NCBI GenBank assembly: GCA_051294375.1
Contig: CM119269.1
Coordinates: 124,001 to 188,000, forward strand
Length of the DNA stretch: 64,000 nt
Origin: Paraspadella gotoi
Taxonomy: Eukaryota > Animalia > Chaetognatha
Direction of reading: 5' to 3'
Shown: piece by piece, positions 39,888 through 51,202 of the stretch
How the letters are laid out: each line of letters starts with the position of its first letter
Position numbering within the stretch: position 1 is the stretch's first letter
Program-made: the position numbers and the translations under genes
The notes under the pieces: generated by a model
The model's database searches: none
The model's input: only the letters and a program-made list of their open reading frames with translations
What the model was told of the DNA's origin: nothing

Positions 39888-40514
39888 AGATACAAGAAAA
39901 ATAAAACTTCCTCTGGCATTTTTTTCCTGATTTAATTATTTCGCTTCAGACAAAAAAATATACCTCTGGCGAAATTTTCTTTTTCAAAAATATAAACAAT
40001 TTTTCGCACCGAAGGAAAAAATAATTCACCTGGATTCAGAAATGGCATTTTTTGGTAAAATTATTAGGCTAGAATCTATTTAAACAAAGGAGCGTTTTAC
40101 AGTTTAATCAGTCAAGGCGAATTTTCTTAATCTGGCAAAAACGCTAATTAATTTTTTTTCTCTTCAAAATCCTATTCTGCTTTCATATTGAAATCTCTGT
40201 CTACTTTATAAAAGGTTCTCCTCACTCCACAAAAAAAATTAATAAAAAAATAAAATTTAATATCTTTGATCTTACTTTTTATATTTATAAACTCATTTTC
40301 AAACAGACAAAGATAATGACATGATCTCACCAATAACCAATTTCCATTGATACAAAGATAATGACATAATCTCACCAATAACCAATTTACATTGATACTC
40401 ATTTTACATAACAATGCACAGCTCACCACACATTCATAATTCATTTTCCTACTAGAAAAACCATTTCACCTCTGTTTCACTTAAAAACGGGGCCTTTGCG
40501 GCTCTGGATTACCC

Positions 40515-40745
40515 TGCCTTACTCCATTCTCAATTTATCCTTACTCCAGCCTTACTCCAGTCTCACTCCATCCTGACTTCATTCTAACTCCAGCCTCACT
40601 CCATCCTCACTTCATTCTCGATTCATCCTCACTTCATCCTCACCCCATCCTCACTTCAGCTTAACCCTGCTCCGTTCCAGCCACTCTTCCAGCATCACTC
40701 CAGCAGCAGCTCCAGCTTCACCCCGACCTCAATCCCACCCCATCA
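40515..40745. repeat. Degenerate 10-bp minisatellite (CCTCACTCCA/CCTCACTTCA)
   Basis: About 20 imperfect units. Confidence 0.75.
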
Positions 40746-40800
40746 AAAGGTCTTCTCTTCCGTCGGCGATTTTTCTCCGAAAACAACATCGAAACGTCTT

Positions 40801-40873
<73 letters not shown>

Positions 40874-40955
40874 TCGAAACGTCTTCTTGTTTTCGTGTCT
40901 CTTTTCCCAAGATTTATGTCCTGACCGGCAGGGGGGGAGGCGTGGGATATTTGGA

Positions 40956-41042
<87 letters not shown>

Positions 41043-42164
41043 CATTAAAAGATTATAGCGAGTGAATTGACAGATGGTAGAGTAAAAGAGAAAGGAATAT
41101 GTCATTTCGCAGATACTAGCACTTTGTGAGTGGCAGGTAGCGAATGACAAAAGTAGGTGCCATTCGTTGGCTCCATAAGCTAAGTGTCAGATGGCAGAAA
41201 GTTGCTATCGACCACGCCATCTAACTAATGGCATATGGAACACTGGTACAGGAAAAACAAAGGTGCTATTCGGTGTCTCCTAAAAACTAAAAAGGTTTCC
41301 TCCATTTTTTTTATTATCGTTCCTTCGGGTTAACATTTGAATAAGATCCCCAAAAAAAACTTAAGTCCACAAAAAGCTGACAATGGCTCAGAGCCATCTA
41401 AGCAAAAAAAATGCTAAAACGTCGTTGGCTAAGAATTAACAATTTGAATCAGTGAACGCAAAATGAAATTCTTTTCTTTTCCTTTTATGTACTTCGGGCT
41501 TTGGATTTTGTTGCAAAATATTATTATTTTTATATGTAAATTAAAAAAATTACTTGTTCTCTTATAGATACGTATTAGCTGATATTATTTATTGAAAAAC
41601 TAAACACAACTCTCTCTCTCTCTCTCCCTCCCTTTCCTCCTTCCTCTCCCTCTCTCTTTCCCTTTTCCTCCCTCTTTCCCTCTCTCTCTCTTCTTCTTTC
41701 CCTTTTCCATCCCTACCTTTCTCTCCCTCTCCATCTCTCTCCCTCCCTCTCCCTCTCCCTTCCTCTCCCTCCCTCTCCCTCTTTCTCCAACGATTGAAAT
41801 ATAGATATTGAATGAAAGACTCGAGTTTTTCAAAGGAATATTAAAAGTCAAGAAGCAGAAAAGCGACGAACCGAAAAAAATCTAAAATATTATTTATTAA
41901 AATTTTTCTCTCTCAAGTTGAAATTTAGAGTTCGAAAGGCGAAGCACTGTGTTCGATTCGAGACTCATGAACGGAAATTTAAAAAAAAAAAAAATTGAAA
42001 ATAAAAACATATTAGGTAAAATCAGTTATTGTTTTATTCCAGTAGCAATGTTAGTATGTATGTATGTATGCATGAACGTATCTGCGTTCAACTTGGAAAC
42101 AGTTCTATTTTTACCAACTTGTCATTTGTTTAAAAGGAATTATAATATTTTTTTAGGTATATTA

Positions 42165-42416
42165 TGGCAACAGCCGGGTTGCTTGCGATGCCCATTGGGA
42201 TGGGGCATCTCACTGTTGGCTCTGGGGGCTTCCGACCCACGGTGACGTCTCCAGTCACTGGTGCGGTTACCCTAAGACGGTCTCGCTTTGCCAACGCAGA
42301 GGGAAGTCGTTAGGACTGTGGATGAAACACTACACCTGGGATGGTGTGTTCCCCCTCTGAGCCAATAGATTTGACTGAAGGAAGGTGGACGTGAGGTGGA
42401 CGTGAGGTGGACGTGA
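42165..42416 (+). mobile_element. SINE or non-LTR 3' end with tandem-repeat tail
   Basis: GC-rich island with internal hairpins (GATGCCC/GGGCATC), ending GACTGAAGGAA-(GGTGGACGTGA)x3, similar in style to the 35174-35415 tail. Confidence 0.45.
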
Positions 42417-43220
42417 GTGTGAATATACCGCCACAATATCATTTTTTTCTCATCGAAGCCTCCTTGCTGCGGCTCCTGAAGCAGCGGACTCAAACAGACG
42501 CACAAAACTCTTCTCTTTTGCTGCTTCTATCGTCGCTTTATGCGTCACTCCTTTTGTCGTCGCTCTCACCGTCGCAACTGCTTCCTCCATCGTTCAAATT
42601 ATCGTCGTCGTTTCTGTCGATCCCGATCTTGATCCTGACTCTGAGTCATCCAGCCAGAGAGAGAGATTCGCTGCTCCGTCATACGGCAAAGGGGCTGAGA
42701 TGAGCATTTCGCCACTATTCGAACCAGAAACCAGAAAAAAAAAAACCAAAAACTCTTTGATCTCTTATTCTCTCTTTCTCTCTTTCTCTCTTTCTTCCTC
42801 TTTCTCTTTTACTTTTCCTTTTCTTTTCCTTTTCTTTTTCCTTTTCCTTCTTTTCTTTTTTCCATTTCCTTTCCTTTTCTCTCCTTTTATTTTTCCTTTC
42901 CTTTCCTATATTTTTCTTTTCCTTTATTTTATCCTTTTTCTACTTAAACTCATTTAACTTTTATCGATCTGGACACAAGTGTTAAAAAGAGAAAAAAAGC
43001 AAAACAATCAAAACGAAAGCAAACGGCGCAGAGAGAGGATGAAGGCCAGGGAAAAGCATTTAGGGCATGGAAGAGCAATCAAGTAAGAGCAATCAAGGGC
43101 ATGGAAGACCAATCAAGGAAGAGCAATCAAGAAACTGCCGCTGGTCACTCTATCTTCAGATTCGCTCTTTCTTAATCTCGAGGTCCCTTAAGTCATATCC
43201 CGAGCATTTCCACTGTCTCA

Positions 43221-43270
<50 letters not shown>

Positions 43271-43756
43271 TTTTCGGTTCTGCATTTGTGATAACTCACA
43301 CACTTTCTTTCCTTTTCCCTTTTATGATGATATTTTATTGTGCCTTTCTTATTTTCCTGTGACATCTTTTTTCCTTCTTTGTTGTGACATTTTCACGGTT
43401 TTTCTCTTTCACTACGAAGACGATGATTTCCTTTCCTCTTTTGTTTATGGTGAACTTTTCTCTGACTCCATTCACGTGAACGGTGAACGTTTTCTCTCTG
43501 CATTGAGTGAAGTTTTTTTCATCCTTTGTGATTTGAGTCAATGTGGTTAAAAAGAAAAACATGAAAAATAAAAAGAATAAATGAAAATAAAAGATGAAGA
43601 ATAAAGAAAAAGGAACGATTTTGTGGCCGAGAACAAATCTCTGACAATCTAAATCTTCGGGGGGAATGAAAAAGAGGGAGAGAGAGAGATAGAGATAGAG
43701 AGAGTGGGAGAATCCATAAAATCGCTTGAGACTCTGAACGTTTATTGACCGATTGT

Positions 43757-43806
<50 letters not shown>

Positions 43807-46074
43807 ATGGCACTCAAGCCAATTTATTGTTAATACCGTTTATTCCACAAAAGCCTCCAGTTCTCGTTATTTTCCGGCGGCAGATGTATTTTCTGACTGC
43901 ATCTTAGTGCATCTTAGTGCATCTGACTGAATCTGACTGCATCTGATAAAAACAAAAATGCGTTTAAAGAGTGATATTTTATAATAAGCAAAAAACAGCG
44001 TACAAATATTTGTTAACAAAAATATAAAAAAATTCTTAGAATGAATTTTATATATTTTTTAAATTTTTACAGAATGAATTGCGCGAATTTTGATTAGCAC
44101 CATAAGTAGTAATATACGGGTGTGTAATATTGAATGAAATTGGTACAACCAATATAAAAATTATCCATTCATTTAATAAATAAGCTATCTTGTCCCTGAC
44201 TTTGGACAGGCTTTGGTGCTTTAAGGCCTCCATCACACTTACAAGATAATAACATAGCAGGTTTCTGCAAGCTTTCAATCAAGACTCTCTCACAGTCTTA
44301 TTTATTCACTCCCAGTGAACCTGGCTTCCCTATCAATGAAGTGGTATAATATTTCAAAGAATGTTTCAATTGTATGAAAAGACCACTCCCTTATTATATA
44401 TTTTAGTTAAATATATTTGACCATTTGAAAGTGTAGCAGTAATGTATAGTAGAGTGATGTGAAAATTATAAAATTTTTGAAAATTAAAATTTAGCATTTA
44501 AAACATGAAAATAAAAACCAATAAAAATACTATGGTAAATTTATTTTTTAATTTTATACATTGGTGGGCACCAGAGAGCTAAATTTATATATAAAATTAA
44601 GTATATAATAGGCTAAAATTGAAAATAAAAAAATTTTAAATTTTAAGATAGGATTTGGATTCTTTACAAAAAGGTAACATAAGAAAGTATAATTCTTTTT
44701 TATTCTTTTTTTTCTTTCATTAAGTTGGTTAAATGTAAAAAACTATATTTAAAACGCTAATTTTTAATTTCCGGTTTAAAAATATAGTTTTTTATAATTG
44801 TAACCTACTTAATGACATAATTTTTGAAAAAGATTTATATTTTCTTATATTTTCTTATATTTATCAAAAAAGAAAAATAACTACAGATTAGTATTCACTA
44901 ATATGATAGTTTTTAAGATATAACTGCTACATTTTGATTCCAAACTTTATTTTTACCCTAATGTATAGTAAGGCGGATCTCTGACGTATATTTTTTTCAA
45001 AATCTTCTACCTCTCTGTTTTTCCTTTGCCTTTTGTTGTTTCCTTTGCTTTCACAACAGCAATTGATTAAAAAATATTCGGGATCACACGCCTTTTTTTC
45101 AATTTATAAAAAAATTGCTAATCGCGATCTATGATTGGTCAATACCGGTCACGTGACCTTAAAATCTTTGTATTTTTAAGATTTTTTTAGGGTAAAAAGT
45201 TATTTAGTAGTTGTATAATGAATATTTTGCTTAAAACAATTGAAAAATATTTTTAACAATATTAAAGAGTAAAACAGAAAGTAATAGTGTCAGAAACAAA
45301 GTAAAAGAAAGCCCGCTGATAGCCAAAGTGGTCAAGCAGGCAAATAATACTTAAATTTTCTTTCTTAATCTTTTGCTCTTTTCTTTTTCTCTTTTACTCT
45401 ATATGTCTCTCTCTCTTCTTTCTTTCGTAATCTCAAAAAATTAAATAGATTTAATTTGAATAGTGATGAAAAGCTTGAAATCAGGTGAATTGACGATAAG
45501 ACATAACCCTGTCATTTTCAGAAACGACTACTTAAAAATATTAACAAGTATGGCTTTTATTATATGCAATACAATGCGCGCGCATAAAAATGACTAAATG
45601 TTTTGAAAACATCCACAATGCCTTGTAGTTGCTTAAAAATTTATTTTGTTTCATTTTATGTAAAAGTAAAAAGCCAGAAAAAACTAATTTTATTATTTTA
45701 TCTTAAATTGGTAAGACAGGGCAAGGTGAAAGGGAGAAAGAGAGAGTCAAAGATGTTTCGGCCCGACTCTCTTTTTCCTACGTTTAATTGTATGGTTAAA
45801 TTTAGTCTCTTACAGCCCCGTTTTTTGAGAGAGAAAATGAAACCACATTTAGTTTTCGCTTGAACTCTCATCAAATCGTATCACCCGCTGGAAACTACGT
45901 TTTTACAAGTTTCCAAAGGATTATCTTGTTGTAATAAAGTTTAATGTTAATAAACGCTAATTTTTCTTCATATAATTTTGGCGAGACTTTTGTTAAAACA
46001 TTTCATAATGGGCGATGATTTCAACGCTCGTCTGCTAGCGTGAAGACCAAAGAAATATCTTCACAGAGAGTTCT

Positions 46075-46078
46075 AATG

Positions 46079-46125
<47 letters not shown>

Positions 46126-46420
46126 TTTTCCCTTTCACCATTTAATTTCTTTTCACAATCTAACTCAATCTGTCCTCATCTTAACCTGTCCTCACATCTG
46201 ACCACTATTCTTTTCTCATCTCTGTGTTGGAAACTTTGCCCTCTCTCTCTATTTTTTCTCTCTTTCTCTCTCTCTCTCTCTTTTTCTTTTGCACAAAATA
46301 ATTTCAAAATTCACAAAAACAATTTGTTAACGCTGAAGAAGGCTTGTATGTAAGCCGAAACATGTACGTTTTTTTACAAATAAAGTGGTTGTAGAAAAAC
46401 ATTAAAAACTTCTTTCAATA
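46075..46420 (+). mobile_element. Solo PLE pLTR-like fragment
   Basis: Shares CCTGTCCTCACATCTGACCACTAT...TGTTGGAAACT-(CT)n with the main PLE 3' region (7810-7880; reverse complement at 32650-32710), followed by a hammerhead and AATAAA; no ORF. Boundaries approximate. Confidence 0.7.
46322..46381 (+). ncRNA. Type I hammerhead ribozyme motif, second PLE subfamily
   Basis: ATTTGT-t-AACG-CTGAAGA-A-GGCTTG-tatg-TAAGCC-GAAA-CATG-TA-CGTT-ttttt-ACAAAT: intact core, stem I AACG/CGTT plus ATTTGT/ACAAAT, stem II 6 bp, palindromic stem III. Confidence 0.85.
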
Positions 46421-46940
46421 CGCAACCACAACGAAAATAAAGGAAATTCACAATGAAATATCTATATTAGTCTAATAATATTTATATGCTTAATTTTCAA
46501 TTGTGATAACAAATATCAAATAAATAAAAAAGTATAGAAAATAAAAAGCCTTCGGTTTCGACCAAAGCTTTTCTTGATCGCCGGTCAATTTAAGAGCAAA
46601 TTAATGACGCGAAATACTGCGCTCTGATTGGTCAATCGGATCTCGTGGAGAAAGGAGAATCCATTTCGCCAGAATCTTTTGATCGGAGCACCGGATTCTC
46701 AAATCCGAGTTCGCGTTTATACGAATAATGTACGTATATTATAAAAAAAGGCGTTTGATTTTTAAATTCATGAAATTTTTTTGATTATTTTCAGAAAATT
46801 CGAGAGGTAGAGCTTAATTCGCTAATCGATCCAGCTTAATGTATAGTAGTCGGAGTAGCGAGGTGGAGGAAGAGGATGGGGATGAGGATGAGGATGGGGA
46901 AGAGGAAGAGGATGAGGAAAAGTAGAGTTGAGGCGAGATA

Positions 46941-47589
46941 TTAGAGTCCTTGAATCCCCTTTCTTTTTATTAAAGGTATAATGACCATGTATGTCTAGGG
47001 GTAGTATTAGATTCGCCATGGTATTAGTAGGTATTAATCTTGTAGTATTCTTGGTCAAAAGTAGAAAGAAATGTGGCGAATTTAATAATCCCTGAATCCC
47101 TTTTATTTTTATTAAAGGTACAAACGACCAAAAGGATCTATGGTAGTATTAATCTCGCCACGGTACTTTTAGGGTATTAAAGTTTTGTTGCGGTACTTTG
47201 TAGGTATTAATCTTGCAGTATAACCGGTCTCAAAAATAAAAAATTTGGCGAATTTTAGAGTCCCCGTTCATTTTATTAAAGGTTCAAAAGACCGTGTATG
47301 TCTAGGGTAGTATTAGTTTTGCCACGGTACTTTTAGGGTATTAAAGTTTTGCCGCGGTACTTGGTAAGTATTAATCTTGCAGTATAACCGGTCAACAAAA
47401 GTAAAAATTTAGCGAATTTTAGAGTCCTTGAATCCTATTTCATTTTATTAAAGGTACAAACGACCATGTGTCTAGGGTAGTATTAGTTTTGACACGGTAC
47501 TTTTAGGGCATTAAAGTTTCGCTGCGGTACTTTGTAGGTACTAATCTTGCAGTATAACCGGTCAAAAAAAAGGAAAAATTTGGCTAAAT
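46941..47589 (+). repeat. Minisatellite, four ~140-175 bp units
   Basis: Units start near 46941, 47081, 47255 and 47419, sharing TTTTATTAAAGGT...GTCTAGGGTAGTATTA...GGTATTAATCTTGCAGTATAACCGGTC. Confidence 0.9.
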
Positions 47590-48067
47590 GATAACCCAAA
47601 TGGTTGGCTGAAAGCCCTCACACTAAACGTGACGCCCATAACAGGATGGAAAACAAAACATGTCGCCGCACAAACTACAGTTCGGAAACAGGCCGAGGAT
47701 AATTGAAGCGCCAGATGAAGAGTCATATGAATGCCTGGCAGATTACAAGGATAACCAGCAAGAGGCTCAGAAACAAATAACAGAACAAAGATTCCAGAGA
47801 CACAGGCAAACAAATCGAGGAAATTGCTTCAGAAACCCAAAAGCGGTGAAAACAGGCAATAACGTCTATGTCAGGCGCGATTTGCTGCACATAGGTGCCA
47901 CGCCCACTCAAAACAAGGTAAAGACGATCTACACGGGGCCTCACAGAGTGGTCAGCAAAAGAGGAAACCACTACCTAATGAGTGCCGCTGGTAAGAAGTC
48001 CCTGTACCACAGACGCCGCCTGAAACTAACAAAAGGGGGGACTCCGACGACTTCAGAACCTGAATAA
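47590..48067 (+). mobile_element. Ty3/Gypsy-type integrase, end of core + C-terminal GPY/F-like domain (fragment)
   Basis: LNVTP...MSPHKLQFGNRPR matches the N.TP..T..SP..L.FG..PR end of the integrase core; GNNVYVRR...KVKTIYTGPHRVV....NHY........YHRRRLK matches the GPY/F module. Confidence 0.8.
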
Positions 48068-48374
48068 GTTCACCGGGGGAAGCCGAATGTACAAAAATGT
48101 AAATACTTCTGTAAATATCCCTTACATTCCAAACACATTCTGAAGGGTAGCAAAAGGAAACTAAATAGGAAAAGAAAGAGTAAAGTAAAAACATAGGAGG
48201 GACTAACATATAAATCTAGGCCTCACAAAGCAAAAAACTCCCAGAAATCTAGGACGAGTTTCGGCTTGAAAGAAGAATGATAGGCTAAACTGTCGAAAGC
48301 AAAAGTTAAATAAACTTCAAAGAGGAGTGGAAACTTAAGCAAAATGGAGAAAAACAAAAGACCCAGAGGAATCT

Positions 48375-48866
48375 TCTAAGGTTGGGTAAGTCTGACTGAA
48401 ATCTAGGTAAGTAAAGACGGGAGAAAATGGTGGGAAAGGAAAATATATTGTAAGCGGCTAAATCGGCGGTAAAAAAAATGGTAACAGAGACTGAACGGGA
48501 GAGGGATGGTGAGACAGAAAGGGAGGAAAGAGTGTCAATTTTCCTTTCCCACCATTTTCCCCCGTCTTTACTTACCTAGATTTCAGTCAGACTTACCCGA
48601 CCTTAGAGCGGCGCCCAATGTGGGGCTCGAACCCACAACCCCAGGATTAAGAGCACAGGACTCTTAATCCTGGGGTCGTGAATTCAAGCCCCACATTGGG
48701 CGCCACTCTAAGGTCGGGTAAGTCTGACTGAAATCTAGGTAAGTAAAGATGGGGGAAAATGGTGCGAAAGGAAAATATATTGTAAGCGGCTAAATTGGCG
48801 GTAAAAAAAATGGTAACAGACACTGAACGGGAGAGGGACGGTGAAAGAGAAAGAGAGGAAAGAGTG
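48375..48866. repeat. Direct-inverted-direct triplication around the tRNA fragment
   Basis: 160-bp direct repeats 48375-48534 and 48707-48866; palindrome arms 48538-48653 and 48661-48776 with a 7-nt spacer. Confidence 0.9.
48650..48705 (+). pseudogene. tRNA-Lys(CTT)-derived fragment (D-arm 3' side to CCA)
   Basis: AGAGCA-CAGGA-CT-CTT-AA-TCCTG-GGGTC-GTGAATTCAAGCCCCAC-ATTGGGCG-CCA: paired anticodon stem, anticodon CTT at 48663-48665, 5' acceptor strand and A box missing. An inverted copy with intact GGTTCGAG lies at 48609-48653. Confidence 0.85.
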
Positions 48867-49360
48867 CGAATGAAAAACCTAAACCATGGACTCTAGCCTG
48901 GATCTCCGGGAGGAGGGGAAGGAGGATGAGGAGAAATGATGAGGAAACGGTGCATGCTGGCGAAGCCTATCGGTTCTTTCTGGAATCAATTCTCGAATAG
49001 AATAGACGTAAGGAAACCTAGGGGAGGAAGGGGACAGACCAGACACTTGAAACAACGATAAAACGAATGATGAGCCACGAATGCCCGAGAAAGAGCGAAT
49101 GAGAGTTAGGCCACACACAATCGCTCACACCTCTCCTCGAAACAAGAAAAAAAAAACCGAACAAAGAAAAAAAAGCAAAACGATCTTTTGTTTTTTCAAG
49201 AAAATGAATTGAAACAATAAATAATAAATAAATAAAAAAATAAATAAATTTAAAAAAAAATAAATAAATAAATAAATAAAACCAAAGACCTCCCAGTGAA
49301 GGATTAAGTACAAAAGATAAACAGTGACGAAAATTAATAAATAGCATTACACTCAACAGA

Positions 49361-49900
49361 ATGCAGTTCGAGATGCTAATGATCCTAGCGGCAACGGGAA
49401 TGGCCGCAGGAGGGATGCACATAGGCGAAAACGGGCACGGAATCCTGAAATAAAGGGTGGAAGTGTTCGACAGCAATTCCACTTTGGATCACCTAGCAAT
49501 TGCGCTAGACGAGAGAAAATGCGAGGCAGCGAACAAAGTGAAAGAAGAATTGCACATCGCGCACCTCATTTTCCGCCCGGACAACCTAGAACACAAAGGT
49601 TATGGCTGCGACCTCATGATAATCGCCACCAGACGCGTCTGCGGCTGGTGGAGCATTCAATACCCCAATATTGATGCCATAGATCACTTCAGCCTCGAAA
49701 GACAAGAATGTCTGGACCTACACGCAGGGAAAAAGATCAATCCTCATTAGCGACAGGTCGGGAGTGCTCAAACTCATTCAAGTTGAAGGTAATGAGGGCA
49801 CGAACCTGTTGACCCACCATGTAGGGACAACCGATGTGGACGGTTCATGCACCGGCGAATGCCTCAAGTTCCATGGGCGATTGTACACGTCGGAGAACAG
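49361..49900 (+). pseudogene. Env-like ORF: signal peptide + N-terminal fusion-loop domain of a class III viral fusion glycoprotein (chuvirus/rhabdovirus G-like), disrupted
   Basis: MQFEMLMILAATGMAAG...(TAA 49451)...VEVFDSNST...ERKC...KGYGCDLMIIATRRVCGWWS...FSLERQECLDLH, then +1 frame, HVGTTDVDGSCTGECLKFHGRLY. Cys/Gly spacing matches chuviral G (C.I.I.R...CG..S; EC...H; G..DG.C.G) and rhabdoviral GWxC..C..W..EC as recalled; not confirmed by search. Confidence 0.6.
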
Positions 49901-49983
49901 GTAAAACAAGTTAGTAATATTTTTTTAATAGTAATATTTATTAAAAATATTGCTTAAATAATAAAAAAATTAAAACATTCAAG

Positions 49984-51202
49984 ATACTTACCGTGAAACC
50001 CAAGTGATCAACAACGAAGAAAACGCGCCCCCCTTTCTGGTGGACAAGAAGGTCAACGACGGTAATCCAGACGACGACGACGATGACGGAAAAAAGTGCA
50101 ACAGTTTCCATTACAACACCTTGGAACGCGGATCAAACAACGTTGAAAATAAGTTCGACGATGGGCGCGATGAAAACGAAAGGAACGACCGAGACGATCG
50201 AAATGACTACGACCAAAGAGGTCACCGGAACAACCCATGGACGAGTGAAAACCGATGATTGGCGAACAACCAAAGCGAATACAGCGACCAAAAGCATGAG
50301 ACGACCGGCGCGACAAAGAGAATAGATTTTACAACAAGTATAGATGTTGGAAGCAAAACGACAAATGGAATCGCCGATGGAACCGTCGATGGAACCACCG
50401 ATGGAATCACCGATGGAAACGGGAAGATGACCGAAATTGAAAGAACGACCGAAATGTTAAGTTCCACCAAATCAACTTGGACAATGACAAACCAATGGGT
50501 AGATATAACAACAATAACAAAGGATGGATTTCATACTGATAAGATGGAAGAAAATAACACGGCTTCAAAAATAACTAACCCATGGACGAGTTCCATAGGA
50601 ACCGAAATTGCTAAACTGAAACAAAAAAAAAAGACAAAGATGAACTTACAATAAATTTAGTAAAAATTTTTCTACAATCCGGATTAAGCGTGGGAATTTT
50701 ATTACTCATTTTCATCATTTTAATAAAAATAAACAAGTTGATCCACCATCAGATTAAAAAAAATTGGCCCACTCCACCAAAAAAAACCTCTAGTATTAAT
50801 AAATACTATAAAAGCATTAAAAAATATGAGAAAAAACATGGGGAAGATCCAGATTCGGCTGAAGAAGAAGAATTCGATGGTGAGGCAACAAAAAAAACTT
50901 TCGCGTCTCTATTAAAAGAAAGAAAAATATGCAATGAAAATTATAAACTTACCTTCTTGGGAAGTAAAAAAAATAAAGGTTTTGAAGAATCAATGGAATC
51001 ATCATCTTCTTCGGACGAAGAAAAATATCACGAAGAAACTACATTTATCGAATTACATGAAGAAAAGGAAAACCCACCTTTATTAAAAACATTTGGAAAG
51101 ATGGAAGAAAAAGAAACCAAAATAGAAATGTCGCAGATCAAAACGTACGAAACTGACGAAACTAACAAAAGTGAAAGTAAAAATGTAGTAAAAAGTAATT
51201 AA
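49984..51202 (+). pseudogene. Thr-rich mucin-like stalk + TM helix + acidic cytoplasmic tail, frameshifted
   Basis: Three consecutive frames linked at A-runs (~50290, ~50625): STTVIQTTTTMTEKSATVSITT..., TTGATK...GTVDGTTDGITDG...STKSTWTMT, then IFLQSGLSVGILLLIFIILIKINK and an E/S-rich tail ending TAA at 51202. Confidence 0.6.

Noticed and set aside
46002-46042. FIMGDDFNAR resembling the GDFN motif of APE endonucleases
   Set aside because: Too short, followed by a stop, with no other APE or RT motifs nearby.
48028-48120. Polypurine tract and LTR start after the integrase (AAAAGGGGGG; GGGGGAAGCCGAA-TGT)
   Set aside because: No second LTR copy or TG...CA boundary could be found in the window.
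48609-48705. Functional tRNA-Lys gene or a standard LTR primer-binding site
   Set aside because: The 5' acceptor strand and A box are missing. The tRNA match is far longer than 18 nt and is not preceded by an LTR ending in CA or followed by gag.
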